In this document: in pieces, positions 41,133 to 49,867 of the stretch
How the letters are laid out: each line of letters begins with the position of its first letter
How positions within the stretch are numbered: position 1 is the first letter of the stretch
Source of the DNA: an uncultured Verrucomicrobiae bacterium
GTDB lineage: Bacteria; Verrucomicrobiota; Verrucomicrobiia; Chthoniobacterales; JAFAMB01
Direction of reading: 5' to 3'
Length of the DNA stretch: 64,000 nucleotides
Assembly: GCA_963762565.1 (NCBI GenBank)
Contig: CAVXLD010000012.1
Span: 320,001 to 384,000, forward strand
Translations under genes and position numbers: made by a program
The notes under the pieces: model-generated
The model's input: the letters and a program-made list of their open reading frames with translations, nothing else
Databases searched by the model: none
What the model was told of the DNA's origin: nothing

Positions 41133-41310
41133 TTGCCCTGCGGTGCTCGGGATTTAAGGCAATTGCCCCAGCCCCGATATAAATATCCCAAGGAGGCTAG
41201 GTCGTGCGCGGTTAATGACAGGCCTTGATTGGAAGTCAGAAACGTGCCGGCGGTGATCCACCCTTGCTAAGGGGAATGGGAGCTTCGCCTAATCGGCATT
41301 AGTGGGGCAA
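41133..41310 (+). ncRNA. ssrS: Probable 6S RNA
   Basis: ~178 nt; 5' TTGCCCTGCGGTGCTCG pairs with 3' CGGCATTAGTGGGGCAA; internal CCACCCTT..AAGGGG hairpin typical of the 6S 3' bubble; located downstream of pheT. Confidence 0.7.
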
Positions 41311-41347
41311 CTTATACGATAGGCGCCTCATTGTTCTACAAAGGCGC

Positions 41348-41482
41348 CTATGGTCTTTTTGGGTTCACGGTTCGCAGTTCACGGTCGGATCTGGCCGGGT
41401 GCCGGCTCATTACGAGCACTCGATCGCTCAGCAGGATCGCTTCGTCCACGTCGTGGGTGACAAACACAATGGTCATCTTCAA
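41348..41482 (-). pseudogene. C-terminal fragment of an ABC ATPase (nitrate/sulfonate type)
   Basis: Translates as [31 protein letters not shown] (H-loop); no upstream Walker motifs. Confidence 0.7.
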
Positions 41483-41745
41483 GGGGCGGCTTTCGCGAGC
41501 GCATGACGCGTGCCCGGCTCCAGCAACGTCGCCACGATGCGGCGACCAAAAGCGATCGCCCGCCCAAGAAGCGACAGACCCAACACCCCCTATAAGTCAT
41601 ATAGGTCCTATAAGTCCTATTCGCCCTGGCCGCCCTACCGCCCACTCCTCTCGCCAAGCTCTTTCCTGAGGCCTGTGCTTGATTTGTCTTATGCCGGCTT
41701 TTCTGTATGTGAAGCCTCAATGAAAATCGACCAAACGTGCAGGAA

Positions 41746-42561
41746 ATGAGGATATACGCGCTGGTAGCGATCGGCGGCGGACTCGGCAGCTTGCTCCGCT
41801 TCGCTATTTCTCAGTGGATGGCTCCAATGCCGGTCTGGTCCCCTTTATCGATTCTCATGATCAATGTGAGCGGATGCTTCCTGATCTCTTTTCTGAATTT
41901 TGTTTCCGATCCGACCGGTGAAATCTACCTGGGACCGAATATTCGCGTTTTTCTCATGGTCGGTGTCTGCGGCGGTTACACCACGTTTAGCACCTTTAGC
42001 CTTATCTCCTTTAATGCTCTACGTCATAATACGGTGATAGATTTATGGCTAAACATTGGCCTGTCGCATCTCCTTTGTTTGTTGGCTATTTGGGTTGGCG
42101 CCCTCGTTGCGTTCGGCCTTCCCCGGGCAGTTGCGGGGGGGTTGTCTTCGCAGCTAGATGCAATCCAACAAAACATGCTGGCAATTATTTTAGTATTTAT
42201 CGGCGGCGCGCTAGGTTCTATCTGGCGGTTTTGGTGGTCCGGCTGGGTCGCGGAGCGATTCGGAGAGACTTTTCCTTTCGGCACATTAGTCGTCAATGTC
42301 GTCGCATCGGCTTTGCTCGGACTGGTCTCAGGGCTGATACTCCGCCTAGGCGCCACGGACACTGCCGCGGTATTACAACAATTTATTTCAGTTGGCGTCT
42401 GCGGCGGATTAAGCACCTTTTCGTCGTTCAGCCTGCAAACCTGGAACCTGCTGATGGAAAGACGGTGGATAGCCGCCATCACAAACATAATTGTTTCAAC
42501 TGCGGTCTGTTTCGCGTCGATCGCGCTTGGATGGCAGGCTTCTGTTAATGCTCATCTATAA
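41746..42561 (+). CDS. crcB: Fluoride channel CrcB/Fluc, two domains in one ORF
   Basis: Two copies of GG.LGS..RF ... N ... GVCGG.[ST]TFS[ST]FS. Confidence 0.9.
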   Translation: MRIYALVAIGGGLGSLLRFAISQWMAPMPVWSPLSILMINVSGCFLISFLNFVSDPTGEIYLGPNIRVFLMVGVCGGYTTFSTFSLISFNALRHNTVIDLWLNIGLSHLLCLLAIWVGALVAFGLPRAVAGGLSSQLDAIQQNMLAIILVFIGGALGSIWRFWWSGWVAERFGETFPFGTLVVNVVASALLGLVSGLILRLGATDTAAVLQQFISVGVCGGLSTFSSFSLQTWNLLMERRWIAAITNIIVSTAVCFASIALGWQASVNAHL

Positions 42562-42576
42562 TCGAATCATGCGCAT

Positions 42577-42924
42577 ATGGAACTTTCTCAAGACGCGCTG
42601 CTTTTAAGAATCTTCATCGGCGAAAAAGACGAATATGAAGGGCAACCGCTCTTTAAGGCTCTGGTCTTAAAGGCGCGCGAGCTGCATTTAGCTGGTGCGA
42701 CGGTTTTCCGCGGTCCTTTGGGGTTTGGAAGGTCAAGCCACCTTCATAGCAGCGGGATTCTGCGTCTATCGTTCGACCTGCCCATGGTGATAGAGATTGT
42801 CGACACAGAAGAGAAGGTCCAGAGCTTCGTGGCCCAAATTGAAAGCATGGTCGGCGGCGGTCTGATTACCGTCGAACGGGTGCAGGCAATCTTCTACAAG
42901 GGCCGCGGGGAGAGTGATGGCTAG
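42577..42924 (+). CDS. DUF190 (PII-like) protein
   Basis: LLRIFIGE, LAGATVFRG..GFG, LS.DLP.VIEIVD. Confidence 0.9.
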   Translation: MELSQDALLLRIFIGEKDEYEGQPLFKALVLKARELHLAGATVFRGPLGFGRSSHLHSSGILRLSFDLPMVIEIVDTEEKVQSFVAQIESMVGGGLITVERVQAIFYKGRGESDG

Positions 42925-42931
42925 CCAAGGA

Positions 42932-42970
42932 GAAGGCGGATCCGCGCTACCAGAGCGCGGATCTGCCTTC
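42932..42970. terminator. Hairpin between convergent DUF190 genes
   Basis: GAAGGCGGATCCGCGCT-accag-AGCGCGGATCTGCCTTC. Confidence 0.6.
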
Positions 42971-43364
42971 ACTTTAGCTCGTGCTGATATCGAATGATCT
43001 GCGCGCGCTCTATGGTGATCAGCCCTCGCTGCATCATCTTCCGGAGCTCAGGCAAGAACTCCTGGATCGTATCTGGCGTGTCCACGATCTCCACAATCAT
43101 AGGCAAATCGAGAGAAAGCCGCAGGATGTTCGCGTTATGGAGATGATGGGAACGGCCAAATCCCATCGGACCCCGCAATACCGTAGCGCCTGCAAGCTTC
43201 AACTCCCGTGCCCGAAGCACGATGGCCTTGTAAAGAGGGCGGTGATTGTACTCCTCGGCCTCTCCGATAAAGATACGGAGCAAGAGGCATTCTTGCGGTA
43301 GGTCGCGCGTCCGCCGAGAAGGCAACTGTCCGGGGGAAGATGCAGCCTGAGGGGTAGTGACCAT
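42969..43364 (-). CDS. DUF190 (PII-like) protein
   Basis: LLRIFIGE, LAGATVLRGPMGFG, LSLDLPMIVEIVD. Confidence 0.9.
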   Translation of the reverse strand: MVTTPQAASSPGQLPSRRTRDLPQECLLLRIFIGEAEEYNHRPLYKAIVLRARELKLAGATVLRGPMGFGRSHHLHNANILRLSLDLPMIVEIVDTPDTIQEFLPELRKMMQRGLITIERAQIIRYQHELK

Positions 43365-43469
43365 AACGGGAATAAATTCCCTGAGCGGTTCACCGACACC
43401 CTCACGAGATCTTAGGTACGAGTCTAAATAGCACGGGTAGCTGAAGCAAATTTGACACTGTGCAATTGT

Positions 43470-43817
43470 CTACTCGGCTTCATCAAATAGATCGACTACT
43501 TGCGCTTTCTCCAAGGTGATCAACCCGCTCGGCATCATCTGCTCGAGTACTGGAAGAAAAGCGTTGATCTTCTCCGAGCTGTCTACAATCTCGATGACCA
43601 CTGGTAAATCGGATGAAAGCCTCAGCGGATTCGCCTGATGAAGTCGACTCGATTTCCCGAACCCGAGGGTGCCATGTAAGACCGTAGCGCCGGCTAGCTG
43701 CAACTCGCGCGCCTTCAATACGATGGCCTCAAACAGTGGGCGATGGTGGAACCGGTTTTTATCGCCGGTAAAGATTCGCAATAGCGTTGACTCATCCGGA
43801 GGTGCAGCCATATCCAA
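43470..43817 (-). CDS. DUF190 (PII-like) protein
   Basis: LLRIFTGD, LAGATVLHG..GFG, LSSDLPVVIEIVD. Confidence 0.9.
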   Translation of the reverse strand: MDMAAPPDESTLLRIFTGDKNRFHHRPLFEAIVLKARELQLAGATVLHGTLGFGKSSRLHQANPLRLSSDLPVVIEIVDSSEKINAFLPVLEQMMPSGLITLEKAQVVDLFDEAE

Positions 43818-43973
43818 CGTTAACCTTATCGGAGCCGAGCCACCGGTTCAAGCTGACAACAGAACCGGCGACCGAGCAAAAAAATGATCTTCACTCAGCA
43901 ATACGCAATACCGACCTGCTCCGCGTTGTTAATTCCAAGCCTGCAAGCGGCGCTCTAACCCCAATTCCGAATA

Positions 43974-45491
43974 TTATACACCTGAGGGCTCTCCAAATAT
44001 CTGGTTATAGAGATCTTCTCCGTAACTGGTCTCCAATGGTTCGGCTTCGACTAACTTAAACGTGCGAGTCCCATCGCTTTCTCTTTCCGCCCGTAAAAAA
44101 AGTATATTTTCCTGTTTTGTTGCATGGAATCCAGAGGCAAACGTATACTGATGGCTTACAAAAAAGATTTTAAACCCCTTTTCGATCAAAGCCGACACAA
44201 TCTGCCTTGCAATCTCCGATCCTTCTCGTTCGTTCGTAGCGGCAAACGATTCGTTAAATAACAATATCGAATCCGGGACCAAATGTTCTGCGATCTCGCT
44301 CATTCTGGTTAGTTCTTCATCGAATTTCCCGCTCTTCATGCTTGCGTCCTCCTCGCGCTTGAAGTGAGTAAACACGCTCGGACACATATTGGCCGAGAAA
44401 GACTCCGCCCCGACGAACATGCCCGCCTGCATCATCAATTGAGCCAGACCGACGCTCCGCAAAAACGTGGACTTTCCTCCCTGGTTCGCACCCGTAACGA
44501 TAATAAGATCTTTTTCGTCTGCGTCGACGTCATTTCCGATCACTCTCTGTCGCAAACGCAACGATAAGCAGACATCGTACAGTCCACGAAAAGAATGCTT
44601 TCGTTCGGTTGCAGGGACTGGCTCCGGCCAGCAGATCGGCTCCCCCTTTTTCGCCAGTTGTTCCCGCAGATTCAGGCAGCTAACATAGAACGCCAGTTCG
44701 GCTCTCAACATCTTGAAGAAATTCAGGATATGATCCGTAGATTGCGCTAGCGCGTTCGCTACCAGGTTAATCCCCCGTTCGTTCAGCTCAGATAAGGCTC
44801 TGGCACCGTTTTCGTCACGGGGATCAAGAACAAACGTGTAACCGGCCTCTCTTATACCAAAGTACTGCTGAAGCCAGGAAATAATCCAATGCTGTTTGAT
44901 TCGCGCCTTCCTGAGGATATAGTTCCTTCCCTTATTACCTTTCCCCAGCTGCGCACTGATCAAGACGCCGGCGCGGAATTTCATTTCCTTTAGATGAGCC
45001 TTTATGCTGGCGAAATATTCGTCGGTTAGTTCGGCCTCCAGCGTAGCCAATAGATTTCTAAAGCCCTCAGACTGGAATGCTGCGCCGTGCTGCGCCGACG
45101 CTGATCTCAATTTTTGCAGAACTTCGATGAGGTAGTACAACAGCTCGATCGCCCGACCGAGAATCCCAGCTGGATATTTGCTGAAGATACCCCAGGAGCA
45201 CTTTCTCTCACATTGGATTCCTTCTACCGCCAGCGCATAGAGCCCCCGAACGACGGCAGGATTCTTCAGGCAGTCCTGTAGGATACGCTGCCGATACAGA
45301 ATAGTGTCCAAATCGTTGTCCAAGCTGCAGAGGACAACGGATTCAGCTACTCGCAACAGAAACTCATCACCAGTGGCCATCGCGCCGAACAGAGTGTCCA
45401 GTGCCAAGTCCGGCATCAGCGTTTTCTTGCTCCACGGTAGGGTTTGTCCAAAATCAAAGTCGCGGTCTCGAAAAAGCAGAAATGCTTTCAT
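43974..45491 (-). CDS. Short MutS-related ATPase, subunit 2 (MutS domain V, no mismatch-recognition domain evident)
   Basis: TGANQGGKSTFLRSVGLAQLM.Q.G.FV, THFKREED, GKFDEEL, FNESFAATN, VSH. Confidence 0.88.
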   Translation of the reverse strand: MKAFLLFRDRDFDFGQTLPWSKKTLMPDLALDTLFGAMATGDEFLLRVAESVVLCSLDNDLDTILYRQRILQDCLKNPAVVRGLYALAVEGIQCERKCSWGIFSKYPAGILGRAIELLYYLIEVLQKLRSASAQHGAAFQSEGFRNLLATLEAELTDEYFASIKAHLKEMKFRAGVLISAQLGKGNKGRNYILRKARIKQHWIISWLQQYFGIREAGYTFVLDPRDENGARALSELNERGINLVANALAQSTDHILNFFKMLRAELAFYVSCLNLREQLAKKGEPICWPEPVPATERKHSFRGLYDVCLSLRLRQRVIGNDVDADEKDLIIVTGANQGGKSTFLRSVGLAQLMMQAGMFVGAESFSANMCPSVFTHFKREEDASMKSGKFDEELTRMSEIAEHLVPDSILLFNESFAATNEREGSEIARQIVSALIEKGFKIFFVSHQYTFASGFHATKQENILFLRAERESDGTRTFKLVEAEPLETSYGEDLYNQIFGEPSGV

Positions 45492-47071
45492 GGTTCCATG
45501 CGCGCTTTCAATTGCTCGAAAGTGAGCCCATGTTTTTCAGCAAGGGACAGCGCGTACGAGAGTCCGGCGGCCGGCTTTCGCAAAACCTTAAAAGTCCTTA
45601 TTGTCGGGTCTTGCGGATCAACCATGCTAACCAAACTCACTACCTGCTGGGAAAATGAAGCTAAGTCGTCGACGAAGGTTACCCAGACGCACACCGCGTC
45701 TCGCTCGATTATTTTCTCGATTACCTTCTTACTGAGAAACAGCGCGTCTCGAAGAGTTGTGGAGGTAAAAATCTCATTCATGATAATGAGGCTGTTCGAA
45801 GTCGCCTCTTCAGAATTTCATGAATTCTTACTACGTCATCTTGGAGTTTGCCCCGCAGGTTCGCCATGTTTTCTTGCCTCTCGAAATGGGCTAGGATTTT
45901 GTCGAAGAGGAAGACTCGAGACGGGTACCCGGAACTGGACAGCCGATGCTAGCCAAGTAGTGAATCTGGCCAAAAGCACGGGCGAATGTGGTTTTTCCAC
46001 CTGGATTCGGCCCTGACACCACGAATATCCGTTCGGGATCTTTCAGGTAGAAGTCGTTACAAACAGTTCCTGCGTCGTTGATCACTTGCTGATGAGCCAG
46101 GGCCAGGTCGAACCCTTCATAGTTGTAAACCTCTTTGGATCGAGTTGGAGATTTCCGGATAACAAAATTTCAATCCGGTACGTTCAATCAATTCCGCAGT
46201 ATTCGAGATAAGCAAGGTAGAACTGGATCTCGCGATCGAAACGCTCGACGGTTTTATCTATATAGTCGGCGTTGCGGTACGCAGACGATCCAGATAAGTG
46301 AAGTGCCGGATATAAGCAGACGACAGAATTCCAGGATCTTGGCTTCGATCTGATTCATCGACAGGCGGTTCTCAAAATCAACTTATAGTCCTTTACCGCG
46401 CCCTGCTTGAATTTCTCAAACGTCTCTTCGACCTCAGTGCTATAATCGGTCTGGTCGTCATATCTCCGATCGTGAAATTTCCAAGCCGGACATTTACTGT
46501 ATAGGTGATTGACGATAGATCGGTGTTCGGTTTTTGCGCTTCCAGTGTTAGCAACCGGAAGGACTCGGATTCAACGTACGTCTTGAGATAACTCCGGAGA
46601 CCGGTGAAATTATGGACCTAAACGTACCGTTAAGAGCTCTTGAGCAAAGCTGTTAACCGCCTCACAATAGGTTCCCAAGGCGTCCAAAAAACAGCGGCGC
46701 TTTTGATATTGGTAGTACAGCTTGCCTACGGTGGTGAGATGCTCGCGCATTGTCCCCATTTTCGCGGCAAACGATCTCACGGATCGCAATAATCCTGCGG
46801 CCTCCAGATCTTGAAACACCTCATGGCGGTAGGCGATTGCATCAATGTCGCCTAACGGAGTGTAAAAAAACGGTTTCAGCTCGTAGCCGGCCTTGCCGAC
46901 TGTGATGCCGTCCACGATCTGATCAAGATTTAGGTCACGAAAAAAGTCACGAGTGTCTGCCGTCTCCTGATTTATGCCATCCTCGGGTCTCGCAAAGAGT
47001 ATGCTCTGGAAAGCCGGAGAGCTTCCCGTTGTTGTTTCGATCAAATCATCCAGTGTCGCCTCATACTTCAT
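45488..47071 (-). CDS. Short MutS-related ATPase, subunit 1; multiple indels
   Basis: [38 protein letters not shown] and MNEIFTSTT in different frames; 4-nt overlap with the next gene. Confidence 0.8.
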
Positions 47072-47103
47072 TGCCCTCCCCCTAGTGTTTGCGAGTTATT
47101 TAC

Positions 47104-47168
47104 ACTAGGAGTCATCAGCCCAAACTGGGTGGTTTGCCGTCTCCGGCGAGGCTAACTCCATAGCCTCT
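47104..47168 (-). promoter_or_regulatory. Fluoride (crcB) riboswitch upstream of the MutS-like operon
   Basis: GAGGCTATGGAGTTAGCCTC...AAACC.CCCAG.TTGGGCTGATGACTCCTA matches GGYRATGGAGT.YGCC ... GCTGATGACTCCT. Confidence 0.9.
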
Positions 47169-47175
47169 TGAGAGG

Positions 47176-47239
47176 AAGCTATGGGATAATCGGGTGGAAA
47201 TCAATACCTCTTGGCGGGCGGCCAGTGAGGCATTATCAT
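47176..47239. promoter_or_regulatory. Back-to-back sigma70-type promoters
   Basis: Minus strand TTGATT-N17-TAGCTT (47204-47176); plus strand TTGGCG-N17-TATCAT (47211-47239); each lies just before an aptamer. Confidence 0.5.
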
Positions 47240-47240
47240 G

Positions 47241-47308
47241 ATGACGGCAATGGAGTTTGCCGTCATGGCTTCGGCCGGGACATCGCGGTCCTCGCTGATA
47301 ACTCCTGT
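47241..47308 (+). promoter_or_regulatory. Fluoride (crcB) riboswitch upstream of the AAA+ ATPase
   Basis: GACGGCAATGGAGTTTGCCGTC ... GCTGATAACTCCTG. Confidence 0.85.
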
Positions 47309-47321
47309 TCATCACCTTCCG

Positions 47322-48008
47322 ATGCACAGAGACCAACTACTCGAAGAACTGCGACGGTTGCATTGCCAGCAAGAGAATGTCTTACTGATCGGGCCGACCG
47401 GAATCGGTAAAACCACGCTTTTGCGGACTCTGAGTGAAACTCTGCCGCTCACAATTTGCGACGAAACGTTCGACCTCGGCCGGCTTTGCGATTGCCTCGA
47501 AAGCCGGATGCGCTGGTCTCATGAGAAATTTAGCATCATCGTTCGCAAGAACCGATTGCTCCGGCATCTGAGAACGCACCCGGATCCAGTCGCGTTCGAT
47601 CATGTGGCTGGAACGCCGCCACGGGTGGCGCGCTTTATTGGGCATTTGCTCGACGATATGCCCGTCTCGATCCGTGCCGTTCCGATCGCCGTCGAGACAT
47701 CGGTCATGTGTGGGAAAATCTCTCCCGGTTCGTTCGAATTGAAGTACCGCCCTTCACAGAGAGTGAGGCAGCACACCTGATTGCGGTTGCAGTTATTCCG
47801 GAAAGATCCAACCAGATGCGGTTCGGCATTGCCGGACCTTTATCGTCTAAGCCACGGTTCACCTCATACTTTGCAAGAACTCATAACCGAGCTCACCACT
47901 CGCAAATACAACATGAGCAGCGCAGCCGGCCTGAGGTTGTTGGAACTGGACCGGAAGATTCACAGACTGAATAATTTTGAGAGGCCGAACCTTTCGGGAG
48001 GGAGGTAG
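47322..48008 (+). CDS. Small AAA+-type P-loop ATPase of unknown function; apparent frameshifts
   Basis: LLIGPTGIGKTTLL Walker A, VAFDH, then IEVPPFTESEA and LYRLSHGSP..LQEL lid-like motifs in other frames. Confidence 0.7.
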
Positions 48009-48103
48009 TCGCTGCGAAGAAAGATTTAGACTGGCCTTTCTGACTCGGTATGCCGACGTCTGCCGACTGGCTGAATGTGGTTCTGAAGTTTAAGGTAAAT
48101 GGA

Positions 48104-48787
48104 ATGTCCTCTTTTTCGTTGATCGACTTCGCGTGTTGGCTGGTCGTGTTCCTTGGCTCAATGACCGCGCATGAGGCGTCTCATGCTTTTGTGGCCAAAC
48201 TTCTCGGTGACCCAACGGCGTATCTTGGCGGCCAAGTCACGCTAAACCCGATCCCTCATATTCGGCGTGAGCCGTTTGGGATGTTGCTGATTCCGATTAT
48301 CTCCTATTTGGCTGCAGGATACATGCTTGGCTGGGCCAGAGCACCGTACAATGCTGCTTGGGCCGGCCGGTTTCCCCGGCGGGCTGCCATCATGGCTCTG
48401 GCGGGACCGGCAGCAAATTTTGTAATCGCGTTGCTCTGTTGGATAGGGCTCAAATTCGGATTAGCAACCGGACTGTTCGTTCCAGGTATCACTGGGCGTT
48501 TTTCTGAAGCGGTCGTTTCATTGGAACCGGGTTTATGGAGCGTCGTAGCGATACTGCTGAGTCTTGGATTCTCGTTGAACCTACTCCTTGGTGTCTTCAA
48601 TTTGCTTCCGGTTCCACCACTTGATGGTAGCGCCTTACCTCTTTTGTTCCTCACTGGAGAGGCTTCTCTAGCCTACCAAAGAATCAGCCGCGGGAGCCTA
48701 GCCTTCCTTGGAATACTCGTGGCCTGGCAAATTTTCCCAAGAATCTATCGCCCTATCTGGTACTGGATGGAGTCGACGCTGAGGTGA
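48104..48787 (+). CDS. Site-2 protease (M50) family protein
   Basis: HEASH, LGDPTA, ALAGPAAN, FNLLPVPPLDG. Confidence 0.92.
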   Translation: MSSFSLIDFACWLVVFLGSMTAHEASHAFVAKLLGDPTAYLGGQVTLNPIPHIRREPFGMLLIPIISYLAAGYMLGWARAPYNAAWAGRFPRRAAIMALAGPAANFVIALLCWIGLKFGLATGLFVPGITGRFSEAVVSLEPGLWSVVAILLSLGFSLNLLLGVFNLLPVPPLDGSALPLLFLTGEASLAYQRISRGSLAFLGILVAWQIFPRIYRPIWYWMESTLR

Positions 48788-48793
48788 GCCGTT

Positions 48794-48978
48794 GGCGTTT
48801 GGCGTTCGGCGGGTAGGGGAGGGAGCGCCTCCCCGCGCGCCGCGAGGACGTACCATAACCTAACGGTGTATTCTTGTTCCCAGATTACAGCAAGTCCTCG
48901 GCTTTGATTACAACGGATCGCGAGGACGCGATCCCTCCCGGGCCACCGCCCGAACGCCGAACGCCGAACGCCAAACGC
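48794..48978. repeat. Family A element enclosed by GGCGTTC/GAACGCC heptamer arms
   Basis: Interior after the left arm resembles 20381-20420. Confidence 0.75.
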
Positions 48979-49316
48979 TAACCGGGCGGCCAATGCATCG
49001 AGCGACCACCCAACACATGTACGTGCAGATGCGGTACAGTCTCCCCACCGTTGCGACCACTATTGATAACCAACCTGTAACCGCTTTCGCTTAGGCCCAG
49101 ATCTGAGGCGACTTGCTTGGCAGTCAACAGCAGGCGTCCTAACAGCGGGGCGTCGGCAGGTTGAGCTTCAGCAATCCGTGGGATCACTCTTTTCGGAATT
49201 ACCAGCACGTGAACCGGCGCTTGCGGATTGACGTCATGGAAGGCCAAAATCTCGTCATCTTCGAAGACCACTTTCGCCGGGATTTCGCGGGCAACGATTT
49301 TTTCAAATAAGGTCAT
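48978..49316 (-). CDS. Histidine triad (HIT) nucleotide-binding protein
   Basis: AFHDVNPQAPVHVLVIPK and HLHVHVLGG. Confidence 0.95.
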   Translation of the reverse strand: MTLFEKIVAREIPAKVVFEDDEILAFHDVNPQAPVHVLVIPKRVIPRIAEAQPADAPLLGRLLLTAKQVASDLGLSESGYRLVINSGRNGGETVPHLHVHVLGGRSMHWPPG

Positions 49317-49867
49317 CGGATCGTTAACAGGACTTCAGATTTATCCTTTTCAAGCTGGGCGCGAAGAAAATCCACGATTTCCGTCCGCAACTCGGAACAG
49401 CCACGGCTCCAGGTCTTAACCGATTGAAGAAAGCGGACGCAGTTTTGCAGTCCCAAGACATTGATGTTTGGTGCTCGCCGCGAAAGCATTGGCTGCATCC
49501 GTTCTTTTAAAAGTTGGAAGAACGCCAACTCGTAGCCGGGACCGGCCTCCGCAGCAAGATCCGAAAGCGAGATTACGCCGGGTGGCTCGAGGGTTTCATA
49601 TTTCAACGCGATCTCGCCATGACCGATCGCTTGTAATGCGGACCGGATCACTTCGTTCAATTCAGAAATCGTGATCGCCGGCTTATCGTAGCAGTTGCCG
49701 AGAAAACAGAGGATGCTTTCGGTAACATGTCCTGCCAGCCACCATTGCGCGTAACCTGCTTTTACAGCGGCTCGAGCTAAGCATCCACACAACCAATCAC
49801 GGCGGATTATCTCGATTGATCCGTCGTCCAGTCGAAGCACGGGAATTGAGTCTAGGAGCGCGATCAC
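49313..49867 (-). CDS. Hypothetical protein coupled to nrdR
   Basis: 4-nt overlaps with both neighbouring genes. Confidence 0.75.
   Translation of the reverse strand: MIALLDSIPVLRLDDGSIEIIRRDWLCGCLARAAVKAGYAQWWLAGHVTESILCFLGNCYDKPAITISELNEVIRSALQAIGHGEIALKYETLEPPGVISLSDLAAEAGPGYELAFFQLLKERMQPMLSRRAPNINVLGLQNCVRFLQSVKTWSRGCSELRTEIVDFLRAQLEKDKSEVLLTIR

Noticed and set aside
41620..41745. A third fluoride riboswitch directly upstream of crcB
   Set aside because: No GATGGAGT / GCTGATGACTCC-like motif found
43974..45491. Canonical mutS or mutS2
   Set aside because: Only ~500 aa, with no mismatch-binding domain or Smr domain evident
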